64,000 nt of DNA, taken from Cetorhinus maximus (Eukaryota). This document shows, piece after piece, positions 12,760 through 24,639 of the stretch. Below the pieces are notes generated by a model. The model did not search any database. It had not been told where the DNA came from and saw only the letters and a program-made list of their open reading frames with translations. A program made the position numbers and the translations under genes. Numbering within the stretch: the stretch's first letter is position 1; each line of letters begins with the position of its first letter. The DNA lies in NCBI RefSeq assembly GCF_964194155.1, contig NC_135881.1, forward strand, positions 160,642,001 to 160,706,000. Reading direction: 5' to 3'.

Positions 12760-14130
12760 TCGCAACTGGACAATTGAAGGGGTACCACAGCATGTAGTGT
12801 TTACAATGCTAGGGCATTGGAACAGATGAGCATGTGAAGTGCAAAGATTCAGCATGCGCGGGAGACTTTTTGCACATGGCTCATAAGTGCCCTGGCGAAG
12901 AACTTTGCCTCCCTTCACATGCATGATTTTGGGGGACAGAGACCCAGCCCGCAGTGTCCCTCTGAAGATTGGGGGCTGTCGGGGGGGTGGTGCGCACACA
13001 GGCTTTACGAATCGCAAATAAACCACATCAGACCTCATCAAAGTACAGGTGGACTATATTTATAAAAGTGCCATAACATTAACAATCACAGTGCACCCGT
13101 GCAACTACATGTGAAATCAAAACCTCTTAATCTTGTGTTCCCTACCACTTCTTCTAGGTGCTCTCCCGACATCCACAGCAGGAGTGGAGGCAGCCTGCTG
13201 ACTAGTTTACCCTGTTGCCTTGGATGACCTTTGCAACTGACCCCTGGAGACCCGGGGCCTGCAGGGTCCCGGCTTACTTTGGCTGTCCTGCTGTGGGGCA
13301 GCTGCTGCCTCTGTGGTCACAGAGGACAAAGCTGAAGAGGTCACAGGCAAGGGGGATTCCAAAGGGCCGGACACCCTCAGAGAGTCCTGAATGGAGGCCC
13401 CAGGGGTGTCCAACAGCCACCCCTCCTTTTGGGTGCCCAAGGGCCCCTGCCGGACTCCTTGAGGAGATAGGATACCTGGAGGGAGTTCGAGGTGCCCCAT
13501 CCCCCTCTCATGTAGCCACTACAAAAGCTCATCGATGGTTACAGCAATGGAGTGCAGATCTGTGTGCATCTCTAGCAGAAACTGGGCATTTTGCTGGACC
13601 AGGTTCTTCATGGCATCCAGTGCCCTCCCCATGGAGACCTCCATGCACATGTCATAGGGGACTCTATAGTCAGGGGTTCAGATAGGCGCTTCCGTCACCA
13701 ATACTCGGAGGACTGCTGGAGGTCAGGCTACTGGTAAGCCCAAGTCCGATGATGAGTATCTGGAATTGGCTCTCAGAGAGATGTTGGAGCTGCAAAGCCA
13801 GGCAGGGAGTGACCTGAGCAGGCAGGGTTGTCAGAGGTCATCAGCAGATTAGGACGGAGGATGGAGGATCTGTCCACGTTTTGTCTGATGTTGTGGCACT
13901 AACATGCCAGCACATTGAGATCACCATTGGAAGACTAACAACCATCATGGAGACGTTGGTCCAGCAGTTTCTGCTGGATATGTTCACAGACCTGCACACC
14001 ATCACTTCCAGCAGTGGCTAGGCGAGAAAGGACAGGGCGCCTTGATATCACTCCAGGAGCCCCTTCTCCTCAAGGAGTCAGTTGGGGGCCCTTGGTGGCT
14101 GTTGGACACCTCTGGGACCTCCACCCAGGA
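12760..14130. mobile_element. Harbinger Myb-gene 3' fragments in opposite orientations
   Basis: WLLDTPGASIQD on minus (about 13380-13420) and WLLDTSGTSTQD on plus (about 14095-14130). Both resemble 21300-22050. Confidence 0.6.
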
Positions 14131-14625
14131 TGGAAATGCATTGGAAGCAGTTCAGAGAAGGTTTACTAGACTAATACCTGAAATGGGCGGGTTGTCTTAT
14201 GAAGCTAGGCCTGTATCTACTGGCGTTTCAAAGAGTAAGAGGTGACTTGATTGAAACATATAAGATCCTGAAGGGACTTGAAAGTGTGGATGTGGAGAAG
14301 ATGTTTCCTCTTGTGGGAGAACCTAGAACTAGGGGTCACTGTTTAAAAATAAGGGGTCGCCCATATAAAACAGAGATGAGGAGAAATCTTTTCTCAGACG
14401 GTTGTGAGTCTTTGGAACTCTCTTCCTGAAAAGGAGGTGGAGGCAGAATCTTTGAATGTTTTAAGGCAGAGCTAGATAGATTCTTGATAAGCAAGGGGGT
14501 GAAAGATTATTGGGGTAGGCAGGAATGTGCAGTAGATGTTAAAATCAGATCAGCTATGATCTTATTGAATGGTGGAGCAGGCTTGAAGGACCGAGTGGCC
14601 TATTCCTGCTCTTAAATCATATGTA
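14128..14625 (+). mobile_element. CR1 LINE 3' fragment
   Basis: LEAVQRRFTRLIP and RGDLIETYKIL motifs. Very similar to 12360-12750. Confidence 0.85.
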
Positions 14626-15582
14626 TATAAAGGTTATTTATTTTACAGATCATTTTGTCTTTATCAAGTATCTTTTTCACAGTGGAAATTGTTAGGGCCA
14701 CATCCTCAAAGTGTCCTACACTAAATTTTAATAGCAATGAGAGTTTATGAAGTATGATTAGTCCTTTCATTTAAACTACAACTTGCTTTTGGAAAAGAAT
14801 GAAGAATAAGATAGAATAATGGGATCACCATCCAAAGGTCAAAACAGCTGTAGATGAATTGAGGTGTTGGTGGGGTGGTAACTCTTTGTTCCTGGTAACT
14901 CTGTATTTCAATACATGATAAAATGCTGTCCATTATACATTTTGACATTTATAAGGCTGAAGGTCGGTGGCATTAAATAAATCACCTGGCTCCGAATATA
15001 AAACCTATTCAGTACAATTCAGTTGTTTGGCTGCTTTGCTCTTAATCTGAATGCTTTACAAATGTTCCTTCCCACTGACTTTAAGTTTCACTTTCACTAT
15101 TGTTGTGGGTGAGACCCACTTGGGAAAAGGAAAGGTTTCCTTGTGCAACTGCTCCAGCTTTGAGTTTCGAACATAAATTAAATGAAGGAATCTTTGCACG
15201 AACCATTACAAAACACATAAATCAAGTTTTAGCATGCCAAACCTCCTGCAGAACACAATGAAAATGCTGGATTCAGGTACATATTTCCATTGTGTAATAA
15301 ATACACTGGAACACATGGGCCTGAATTTTACACTTGGCGGGCGCGCGTGCGATTGGCAGGCCCTGGACTGATCGGGAAACAGGCCCCCGACCGCGATTTC
15401 ATGCTGGCTAGCCAATTAAGGCCCGCCCAACATGAAACACGTCTTCCCAATGGCTTGGAAGGGCCAGGCGAGGGCATTGGCCTGTCGGGCACCGGATCCA
15501 ATGGTGACCCAGTGGGCGGTTTAAAAACGGCACAGGCAGCTCCTTGAAGACTGCCTGGGAAGAATCATATATTCAGCGTTCT

Positions 15583-17422
15583 ATGGCCTCAACAGCGGCT
15601 GGTGACACCAGGCAGGAGGGCAGGTCAGGCGGCAGTCGGCCCCCCATTTTTCAGACGAATGCCTTCGGGAGCTCTTGTAGGAGGTGGCTGCCAGGAGGGA
15701 CACCCTTGTCCCCAGAGATGGAAGGAGGAAGCCACCACACCAGACAAAAAAAGCTTGGGAGGAGGTGGCAGCCCAGGTCAGCAGCCAAGATAATGTGTGG
15801 CACACATGGGTGCAGTGCTGCAAAGGTTCAACGGCCTGCTGTGCTCGGGAAGGGTGAGTACCATGTTGGCATGGATCAGTGCGGTGAAGTGTTAAGGGCT
15901 GGCCATCCCGCCGTGGAGCTCAGGGATGTTGGAGTCTGAGCGCCAACTGCCAATGATGCCAGAGCTGGCCAAGTGGGTGAGCCTTGGCTGCTTGGACTGA
16001 GTGCCTTGAGACTCGAGGGCCATGACTTGGATGTGCCCTGCAAGGTGTTCCTCAGGTGGGGTTAGTCAGGCTGCAATGGCGATGCAGATAGATAGTGGAC
16101 TAATCAGTGCTCCTCTGTCCTTTCAGGAGAAGACATTGAAAGTCATGGACAGGCGGAGGCCCCTCAAACCTAATATTGACCAGATTTGAGCAAGAGGCCT
16201 TGGGGCTGGAGAGCTGCTATGTACCTCATTCAGCCGGCCATGGAGAGGTTGAGGTGTTAGACGAAGGTTAGAGTGCAGTGCACAGAGGTGAGTTTCAGAT
16301 TGTGCAAACATTTTTGTGTAGTCTCTTAATTGATAACAGCTTCAAAACCAGATTCCCCATTGATCATTGAAAGACAATGGCACCATGATGAAGATCTGCA
16401 TTGCCTCACCAGGGTGCCTGGCATACACAGTGACAGGTTGATGACTTAAACTAATCACATATCGTATTTCTCCCTTAGATTCGCCAGCAGGCACTCGTTT
16501 GCAGGGCCCCGAAGAGCTACCCCTGATGCCAGAGGACCGGCAGGCTTCACCTGCGTCACACCCACTGTCTGAACCAGGTACCAGCGCAAATACCAGCGTC
16601 TCTGTGGGTGTTAGATTTTTGGTTAGAGTGTTGGTGCACAGCAGTGAGGGCAGTTCACAGTTGCTTGAGGTGCAGGCAGAGGCGCAGGGCGCTGGCAATC
16701 GAAGGACTGCTGAAGGCCAGGACGATGCTGATTTGAAGGCAGGTGATGAGCCTCTGGAGCCTTACATTAGGCGGCAGCTGCTGGATGTCCAGCAGGATGT
16801 GCGGGAGGATCTGGCAGACATCCATGAGGGTATGCGTGCCATGGTCTCTGTTGTAGAGGAGTCCATGCTGAGCATCTGCACTGCGTTGACCCTCATCACC
16901 GAGTGCACTGCCTCCTCCATTGAGAGAGTGGTGACTCTCATGGAGAGGCAGCTCCAGGAACAGAGTTAGGTGTTCCTGGGGTTGCTCTCGGACCTGCAAG
17001 CCTTCGCACAGACCTCAGGTGGTTAGTGCCAGTGTGGGAGATGGATGAGGCACCCAGTATCCTAGTTAGTTGCCCATCCATCAATGGCAAGCAGGGAGGT
17101 CCAGAGTGACCTCACATTGGCACACAAGCTGCTTGTCGTCTCTGTGGGCTCCTCTCAGGGTGCTCTGGATGATGGCAACAGCTCCTCCGCCCCTCTGCCA
17201 GTGACCGTGGCATCTGATGAGGCTGCATTGACTGGGGGGATGCCAGCCATGGCACTGGCCGCTCCCTCCCAGGCGGGGCCAGCACAGACCCCACTGGCCA
17301 GAGGACGACTGCCAAGGTCATCAAGGCCAACAAGACAGCAGAGTCAGCAGGCTGTCTCCAATACCACTGCCAGCAGGGGGGGTGGGGGGCACCAGGACGT
17401 AGCACTCGAATCGCGAGTTTAA
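15583..17422 (+). pseudogene. Harbinger Myb/SANT-like DNA-binding protein gene, three exons, disrupted
   Basis: Exon 1 (15583-15853) encodes ...KKAWEEVAAQVSS...WVQC... and ends AGG|gtgagt. Exon 2 is 16127-16287 (cctttcag| ... AG|gtgagt). Exon 3 starts at 16479 (cccttag|) with a helical LLDVQQDVREDL region. Stops and frameshifts are present. Confidence 0.75.
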
Positions 17423-17757
17423 AGCACCATGAGCACAAGAGGGACTGGGCATGGGTGATCTTCTGTTTTGCAATGTTTTGTTCATATGTCTACAGATGTG
17501 GAAATGAACACCAAAAATGGTAATATTCATTTGTTTTGAGTGTGAAAATTACATAAATTTTGTTTTTGTCGTAATGGCCTGAGTATGCTTCACTTTTTTT
17601 GGTGCAGGGTACGCCAGTATGTAATGCTGAATGTGAGTGGCTCTAAATTTTATTGCACAGGCACTGTTAGACTTTGGGTTCAAATGAAAGGGTAACTTCA
17701 GACATCCAGGATGGAGGCGCCTCCCCTGGCAAGAGGTGGAAGCAGATCTTTGTCAGC

Positions 17758-18963
17758 CTAGCTGAAGCAGCATTGGATCTAGGCATCCTTGGTGTCCCTG
17801 TCTCCCTGAAGGATCCACGCCCTCAGCATTCTCCTCACCGTGCTCCTTTTCTGACTCATGACTGGATTCATCCTCTGTGGCCTGTGGAGCTACCTCAAGA
17901 TCTTCTTCCTCCAGTGGGTCCCCCCTTGCCAGTGCCAGATTATGGAGAACGCAACATGCAACCACTATCAGTGACACCTGCTCTGGGGGCTGTTGCAGTG
18001 CTCCCCCTGAATGGTCCAGGCATCGGAAGTGTATCTTCAGAAGACCTATGGTCCACTCTATCACCGCCCTTGTGGAGGTATGACTCCTATTATAACGCTG
18101 CTCTGCCTCTGTTCTTGGGTGGCGGAGAGGCATCATAAGCCACCTTTTGAATGGATAGCCCTTGTCACCCAGCAGCCATCCATCCAGTCGGGCTAGAGCA
18201 TTGAATAGCCCCGGCACCTGGGAGTGTCTCAGGATATAAGCGTCTTGGGAGCTGCCAGGGTACCTTGCACAGACTTGCTGAATCTGCATCTTGTGGTCAC
18301 ACACTATCTGGACGCTGATCCCTTCCTGTTGACGAAGGCACCCGGCTGACCCACTGGCGCCTTGATGACCACATGTGTGCAGTCGATTGCACCCTGGATG
18401 CCGGGGAACCCAGCAATCACTGCAAAGCCTCTGGCTTGCTCAGCCTGGCTGGCCGCGTCCATACGGAAATTAATAAATGTCATTACCCACCTGAACAGAG
18501 CTTCTGTCACCAGCTTGGCGCAACTGGGGACAGCTGATTGAGACACCCCATAAAGACCCCCCACTGACCCCTGGAAAGAGCTGGTGGCATAGAAGCTGAG
18601 GGGCCACTGTGACCTTCAGAGCCATGGCATGGTTCGTCCACCCACATAGCTGGAGGTGATCTCAGGCCCAATCATCTGACAAATGGAGGTCACAGTCTCC
18701 CTGGAGAGGCGGAGCCTCCTTCGGCATTGCACCTTGGACATATTGAAATAGCTGCATCATTGCCTGTAAACCCTGGAAGCAGGATAGTGGCGTCTTCTGT
18801 AGCCCCTTCTGCCTTCCTGCTGGCCCTGTGCCCCTTGTGCCTGCACCACTCCTCCCACAGGTCGCTCCCCTGGAAGCTGCATTGGGACACCTGGCCTCCT
18901 CTCCCTTCTGCCCCTTTCTTCCTCCTCAGAGAATGTGCCTCCAGTGGAGAGCACAATCCTCAT
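17758..18963 (-). pseudogene. Harbinger (HARBI1-like DDE) transposase, frameshifted
   Basis: Motifs GFPGIQGAIDCTHV, FVNRKG, ARYPGSSQDAYIL, LLGDKGYP, YNRSHTSTRAVIEWTIGLLK and ACCVLHN are spread over several frames. Confidence 0.93.
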
Positions 18964-19466
18964 TACCAGGGTAACAGAAGGCTGTTTGATACCTGGAAGG
19001 GTCCACACAGTCTGAAACCTCCAAGTGCCTTGGAGACACCAATGAAATGCAGCCTGGAAATGCTAAGAATGAAGCTTAGAGCTGAGGTGAAGCTGTCAAG
19101 TTCAAATAAGCAACCAGCAGCAAACTATCTCCTAAACTCCTCACTACTCACACTGGCAATGCTGCTGACACTTTTAATCCTGCTCTTGGATGAGGTTTTG
19201 CAAAATGTGGGCTGCCCACCTGCTCGTTTTGGCCATGCAACAAGCACAAAATCTTGGGGGCAATGTAAAATTTGCATCAATTGGGTTTTTAATGGCCTTA
19301 AGTGGCCATAAGTGGCTCCGACACCCACGCACTCCTGCCGACCTGAAGATTGTGTACGTGTGGGATGACGTCGGGACACTTGCCCGACATTTTCTCACGT
19401 GATTTTACACCGGATTGGGTCGGGCGTGCACCCACCCTCGAGGCCTAAAATTCTGCCCATGGACTA

Positions 19467-22400
19467 GCAGCAGGATCGTCCACTTCTGCCATCAGCGGGA
19501 TTTGTGGCAGGGCTGGAAGGTATGGCGAGGAGCTTTAAATCAGCTTCCTGACGACAGGACATCAAGTCGGGAAATGCCCCTCCTGGCGTTTGTGGCAGGT
19601 TGATGGTGCGTCAACTTTCCTGCTGAACCTCGGTGGGGACCCATGTATGCTCATAAAATCCCAACAAATCACAACCTTGCACCATCAAATCGTTTGCCCC
19701 ACCAGCGGAAATTTATTCTGTTCTGTTACCAACTGCACATTTGTGGTGTGCACCTGGTGAAGGAAAATATTAAAACACTTACTTTTCAGTCGAAGCGGGG
19801 TGCACCAGTGGAACTGACCACAGTATGGTGCGCGGGAAGACACAAAGGGAGGGAGGTCCGGAGGAGACAAAGCGGGGGTGGGCGCAAAACAAGAAGTGGC
19901 GGGGGGGTGTGGCGGGGTGGGTGGGGGTGGCGGCTGGAAGACATGGTGAGGTGGGGTGGAAGAACGGAGGGGGTGGGTGGAATAAAGAAGGGGGTGTGGA
20001 AGACATGAAGGAGGGGCTGTCCAGAGGAGAAGGGAGGGCCAGATGAGGAAAAGGGGTGGAGGTATTTGGGGGGAGTGAGGAGAAGGAAGACATGAAGGGT
20101 AAGGGGGACGGAGCTGGGTGGGGTGGGCTGGGGCCTGAGCGTTTCACAGGGAGGGGTCGGTCGAGTTAATGTTAGAATCCTGGGGGGAGAAGTGGAGTTG
20201 CTGGTGATCGGTGACTGTGAGGGGGGGAAGTGAGATGCGGTAGGGTGGGAGGGTCAGGGTCCAGATAGTTCTCATCCGCGATGGGTCATTGAGGGGACAA
20301 GGATGATGACCTGGATTACGGGAGTGGGGAGGATCAGGGTGGGGATAGAAACGGTGACTGTGGTGGGCTCAGCGGGAAGGGAAAGCTGTCCAAATTCACT
20401 GTGATGGGGGGAGGCTCAAAGATTATTAAAGGGAGAGTGAAGGTGACATTGAGTGGCAGGGGGGATGGGGTTGATGCTGAGGGGGTGAAGTTGATGGGTG
20501 ACAGGGGGAGGATAAAAGGCGGGGAGACGGTCTGATATGAAACATGCACCATCCTGAGACAGAGCCAGCTCCAGACCAAAGCAATGCCCTCGATGTTCAA
20601 CTGCAAAACATCAAGGTGGAGGGATGGTCTTCTCGGATGGGTGGCGCTGAAGGTCAGCACAACTGGACAACTGAAGGGAAACACAATAATCATGTAGAGA
20701 CTGTATAAGAGCTTTTTTTTGCTTTTGCAAATCCTCACTGTCTGCTGAAGGCCACATAGCAGCAGGTCTGGCCCAGGGGGTTCTCACTACAATGAGATTC
20801 CAGCAAGGTGTAGAGCTGCCGGTCACTCTGAGCCATTTGCTATTGGCTCCAGGCAGAGTTAGGGAAGAGGAGTGGGGGAGGGAGGGTAGGGGATGCCTAC
20901 AAGGGATATGCAGGTGAATGGCAGCCAAGTCGCGACTGCAAACCTTCGTCCTCCCAGGGGAATGGACCCGCCTGACAAGGGCTTAGGTGATTAGCCTTTC
21001 CATTGTGACAAGATCTTTCAACAGAGTCTGAAAGGCAGTGGAGGCAAGTGGAATGGTGTGAGTGGGAGGCCTCTTGCACATGGAAGTCCTCACTCTTGTC
21101 AAAGAGCGAAGTCTCTATGTGCAGCCATGCATCAGGGGAAGGAAGACTGTCTTTGGTTCCCCCTGGAAGGGGTGGAGTGTGCACTACCATTAAAACAACT
21201 AGCAGCAAGAATGAATCCAGGAGACTTTTAATCAGTGTCACATAACATATATTTAGAAGCGAAATAACTATGTACAAGATTGTATACCCGTGCCACCAGG
21301 GTTAATTCAAAATTTCTCAATTTTCCTAACTCTACCATTACATCTTGGTGCTTCGCCAACATCTGCAGCAGAGGTGGAAGCAGCCTGCTGACAACCATAC
21401 ACTGTTGTCTGTAATGATTCAGCGGGTGTCTTCTAGAGGTCTGAGGCCTGGTGGGCTCCGGCCTGCTTTCAGTCTCCTGCTCGGGAGCAGGTGCACCCTT
21501 CTCAGCCTGAGCAGTTGGAGCTGATGGGGTCACAGGCAGAGGGAACTGGGAATGCCTGGACACTGTGGATGCCCCTAGGGTGTCCGCCTGATGCTTCTCC
21601 TCACAATGGGTACCTGGGGGCTCCTCCCTAACTCCTTGAGGAGAAGGGGCACCTTAAGGGAGATCTAGGTGCCCTGTCCCCCTCTCACATAGCCACTGTG
21701 AAAGTTCACCCATGGCTAGATAGATGAGTGCAGGTCCAAGTGCATCTCCAGCAGAAAGTGGACATTCTACTGGACCAGGTTCTCCACGGCATGCACCATC
21801 CTTCCCATTGGAGATTTCCATGTGCTTGTATGTCGGTGCCATGACACCAGACAGCTTGTGGACAGACTCCTCCGTTTTGCATGCCACTCTGTTGAGGGCC
21901 TCTGCCACCTCTGCCTGATGTTCCTCTGCAATTCTTTGATACTCCAGCATCTTTTGCATGGCTGCTTCCAGAGGGTCATCAGCTGACTCAGAAGGAACCT
22001 CTTCTCCAGCAGTCCTCCATGAGACTTTGGCTGTCAATGCCTCTGTCTGCTGTGGACATGCATCTGTGAGGTGACCAACAATGTGTGACCCCGAGCCTAA
22101 ACTAGATATATGACCCACCGAGGTGTGTGTCTCTGAGCTGGTGTCTCTACAGGTGTGAAGTAGACCCCATCCTCCTCCGAGGTATCCTGAGGGCTGGGGC
22201 TGACCTCAACCTCTTCCTGCTGGCACCTAGAATGGAAAGAAGAGAGAATGAGTGACTGCCTAGTCTGGCTCAAATGTTGCACTCATCAATCACCTTGATT
22301 TTCTGAGGTTCTCAGGATTATGCACACTTCCTCGCTGGATGCTTGGGGGAGGCCGACCTCATCGTCAGACAGACCCGTCCATGGTCCTTCACCACCAGCT

Positions 22401-23700
22401 AGGCAGCCTGCTGTTCAAATTGAGTGAGGGACCTGAGCTCAGGAATCCCCTCTCCTGTTTTCTCTCCACTTTCCTGGATGAGTACAGCTCCAAGGACACT
22501 TAAAGGTGGACACCATTCAGGACAAAGCAGCCCACTCAATTGACACCCTGTCCAGCACTCCCTCCACTGTCAATGCACAGAGGCACTGCAACAAGTCACC
22601 AAGGCTCCTTCAGCAGCACCCTCCAATCTCTACCAGTTAAAAGGACAAGGGCAGCTGATGAATGGGAACAGCAGCACCTGCAAGTTGCCCTCTTCTCCAC
22701 CTTTACTGTGGCTGTGAGAATTTTTTTTGTTTTTTTAAAAAATTCATTCATGGGATGTGGACATCTCTAACTTGGCCAGCATTTATTGCCCATCCCTAAT
22801 TGCCCTTGGTCAGAAGGCGTTTAAGAGTCAACCATGGTCTGGAGTCACATGTAGGCCAGCAGATTCCTTCCCTAAAGGACATTAGTGAACCAGATGGGTT
22901 TTTACAACAATCAACAATGATTTCATGGTCATCATTAGACTTTTAATTCCACATTTTTTTTTCATTGAATTCAAATTTCACCATCTGCCATGGCGGGATT
23001 CAAATCCAGGTCTCCAGAACACTACCCTGGGTCTCTGGAATACTTGTCCAGTGAAAATACCACTATGCCATCGCCTCCCCTGCAGTTGCTTTGCTAACAT
23101 GGATTGCAGAGATTCAATAAGACAGCAGCCCACCACTTTATCAAGGGCATTTAGAGATGGGCAAGAGAAATGCTGGCCTTGCCAGAGACGCCCAGGTTCC
23201 ACAAGAGAAAAACAAATGACTGCCGAGGTGGGTTGAGAGAGTAGAAGGTTCACTTACTCTAGTGGCATGGATTAGATCATTGACCCATCTTCTGCACTGC
23301 ATGGTGGTCCTCCTCTGCACCCCACGGGCACTGATCATCTTAGCCACCTCCTCCCAGGCCGCAGGGGTCAGTTGGGGGGGCCACCTCTGGCCTTCCCCAG
23401 AGAAGCCCTTTCCTGTACGGCCTCGAGGAGATACATCACTGAAGCGGGGAGCCATTGCTTGTTGCCTTCTCCTGCTCATCGTTCTTCCCGTTCATGAAGG
23501 CCCATCAGGGTGACTTTTAATTATGGTGCCTTGAAATGACAGTGGAGTGCCCAACTTCCAGCCCGCCCCACCATGAGAATTGATGCAAAATATGCGCATG
23601 TATAATTAATGAGACAGGGAGCAGACAATTGCATGTAAAAGCTCACCTCACTCCACAGTGGGAATCACTCCGATTTTCTAAACCCACCCTCGAAGATCAT
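19467..23700. mobile_element. Heavily decayed Harbinger-type element (Myb gene on minus strand, G-rich interior)
   Basis: ORF 23141-23479 reads APRFSDVS...AAWEEVAKMISA...QCRRWVNDL, with further exon-like pieces at 21330-22500. Boundaries are approximate. Confidence 0.65.
22721..23080 (-). mobile_element. tRNA-derived SINE, fuller copy with TGAA-repeat and A-rich tail
   Basis: Same head and body as 1022-1304. Tail ...CCCATGAATGAATT followed by an A-rich run. Confidence 0.85.
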
Positions 23701-24639
23701 TTAATAACAGTTATCTCTGGACTGGACCATAATAACCTACCTTCAAGCTATAACATGATTGACCAACTTTAAAACATGGTTTCACAAAATAATACCTGAA
23801 TTAAGTGAGATTGACTGAGAAACACATGGTTAAATTCTGCACTAATATGCCTCAATTCATTTCTCATTTGCATTAAGTTATGAAACACTGCATTCCAACC
23901 ATTGGACATGAGCTATAATCCACATAGTTTTATATGTCATTTTTTTATGTTAACTCTCCTTGAATGCACTATAATGTTTTTAAAGTTTAGTACCAACCTT
24001 TACTCAAACTGAAAGAGTTTAAAACGAAAACTAAATTAGGCATTGTTAAAAGCAATTATTACAACAAATTCAAAGTTAATGCTGGTTCTTGGTCATGCAG
24101 GCACATCATGATTGAAGGGAGGGCTGAATTTACACTCCTCGTTGGTTTTATTGTTTGGATTGATACCCATTGCTTTGGGAGATTTCTATTCAGTAAGCAA
24201 ATGTTATGTAACCTGATTTGAAATGCTAGATATAAAAACAGAAAATACTGGAAATGCTCAGCAGGTCAGGCAGCATCCAAGGAGAAAGAAACAGTTACTA
24301 TTTCAGGTCAATGATCTTTTCGCACCTTGAAGTACCAATTACTCCCCTACCAATGCTAGTGTTTGAATTTTATGCAGCCAGCACCTTTGGGATCCATCCT
24401 GAAACATGCAAAACTTCTCAAGTCACTACTGCTGGGCATATAGCGTGGAGACAGAGCTGGGTGAAGCACAAAAAGAGCTGAAGCTGAGGATGTGGTGATA
24501 ATAAAAAAGTTTGCTGGAGAGGAGGAAGGTGTTTCTCACCTTCAACGAGAAGGATAGAGTCACAGAACTCAAGGATTCTAAGGCAAGTATCTTGATATTT
24601 TATAATTTGGTTTTTAGGAGTTTAGGAGGTCATTTGGGC

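Larger units (their letters stand above)
15318..19458. mobile_element. PIF/Harbinger DNA transposon, near full-length two-gene copy (decayed)
   Basis: Imperfect 12-bp TIRs GGCCTGAATTTT and AAAATTCTGCCC, with a 3-bp TSD ATG at 15315-15317 and 19459-19461. Contains a Myb/SANT gene (+) convergent with a DDE transposase (-). Confidence 0.92.

Noticed and set aside
19779-20738. Pro-rich and Gly-rich ORFs
   Set aside because: They are by-products of a low-complexity G-rich tract inside a decayed transposon.
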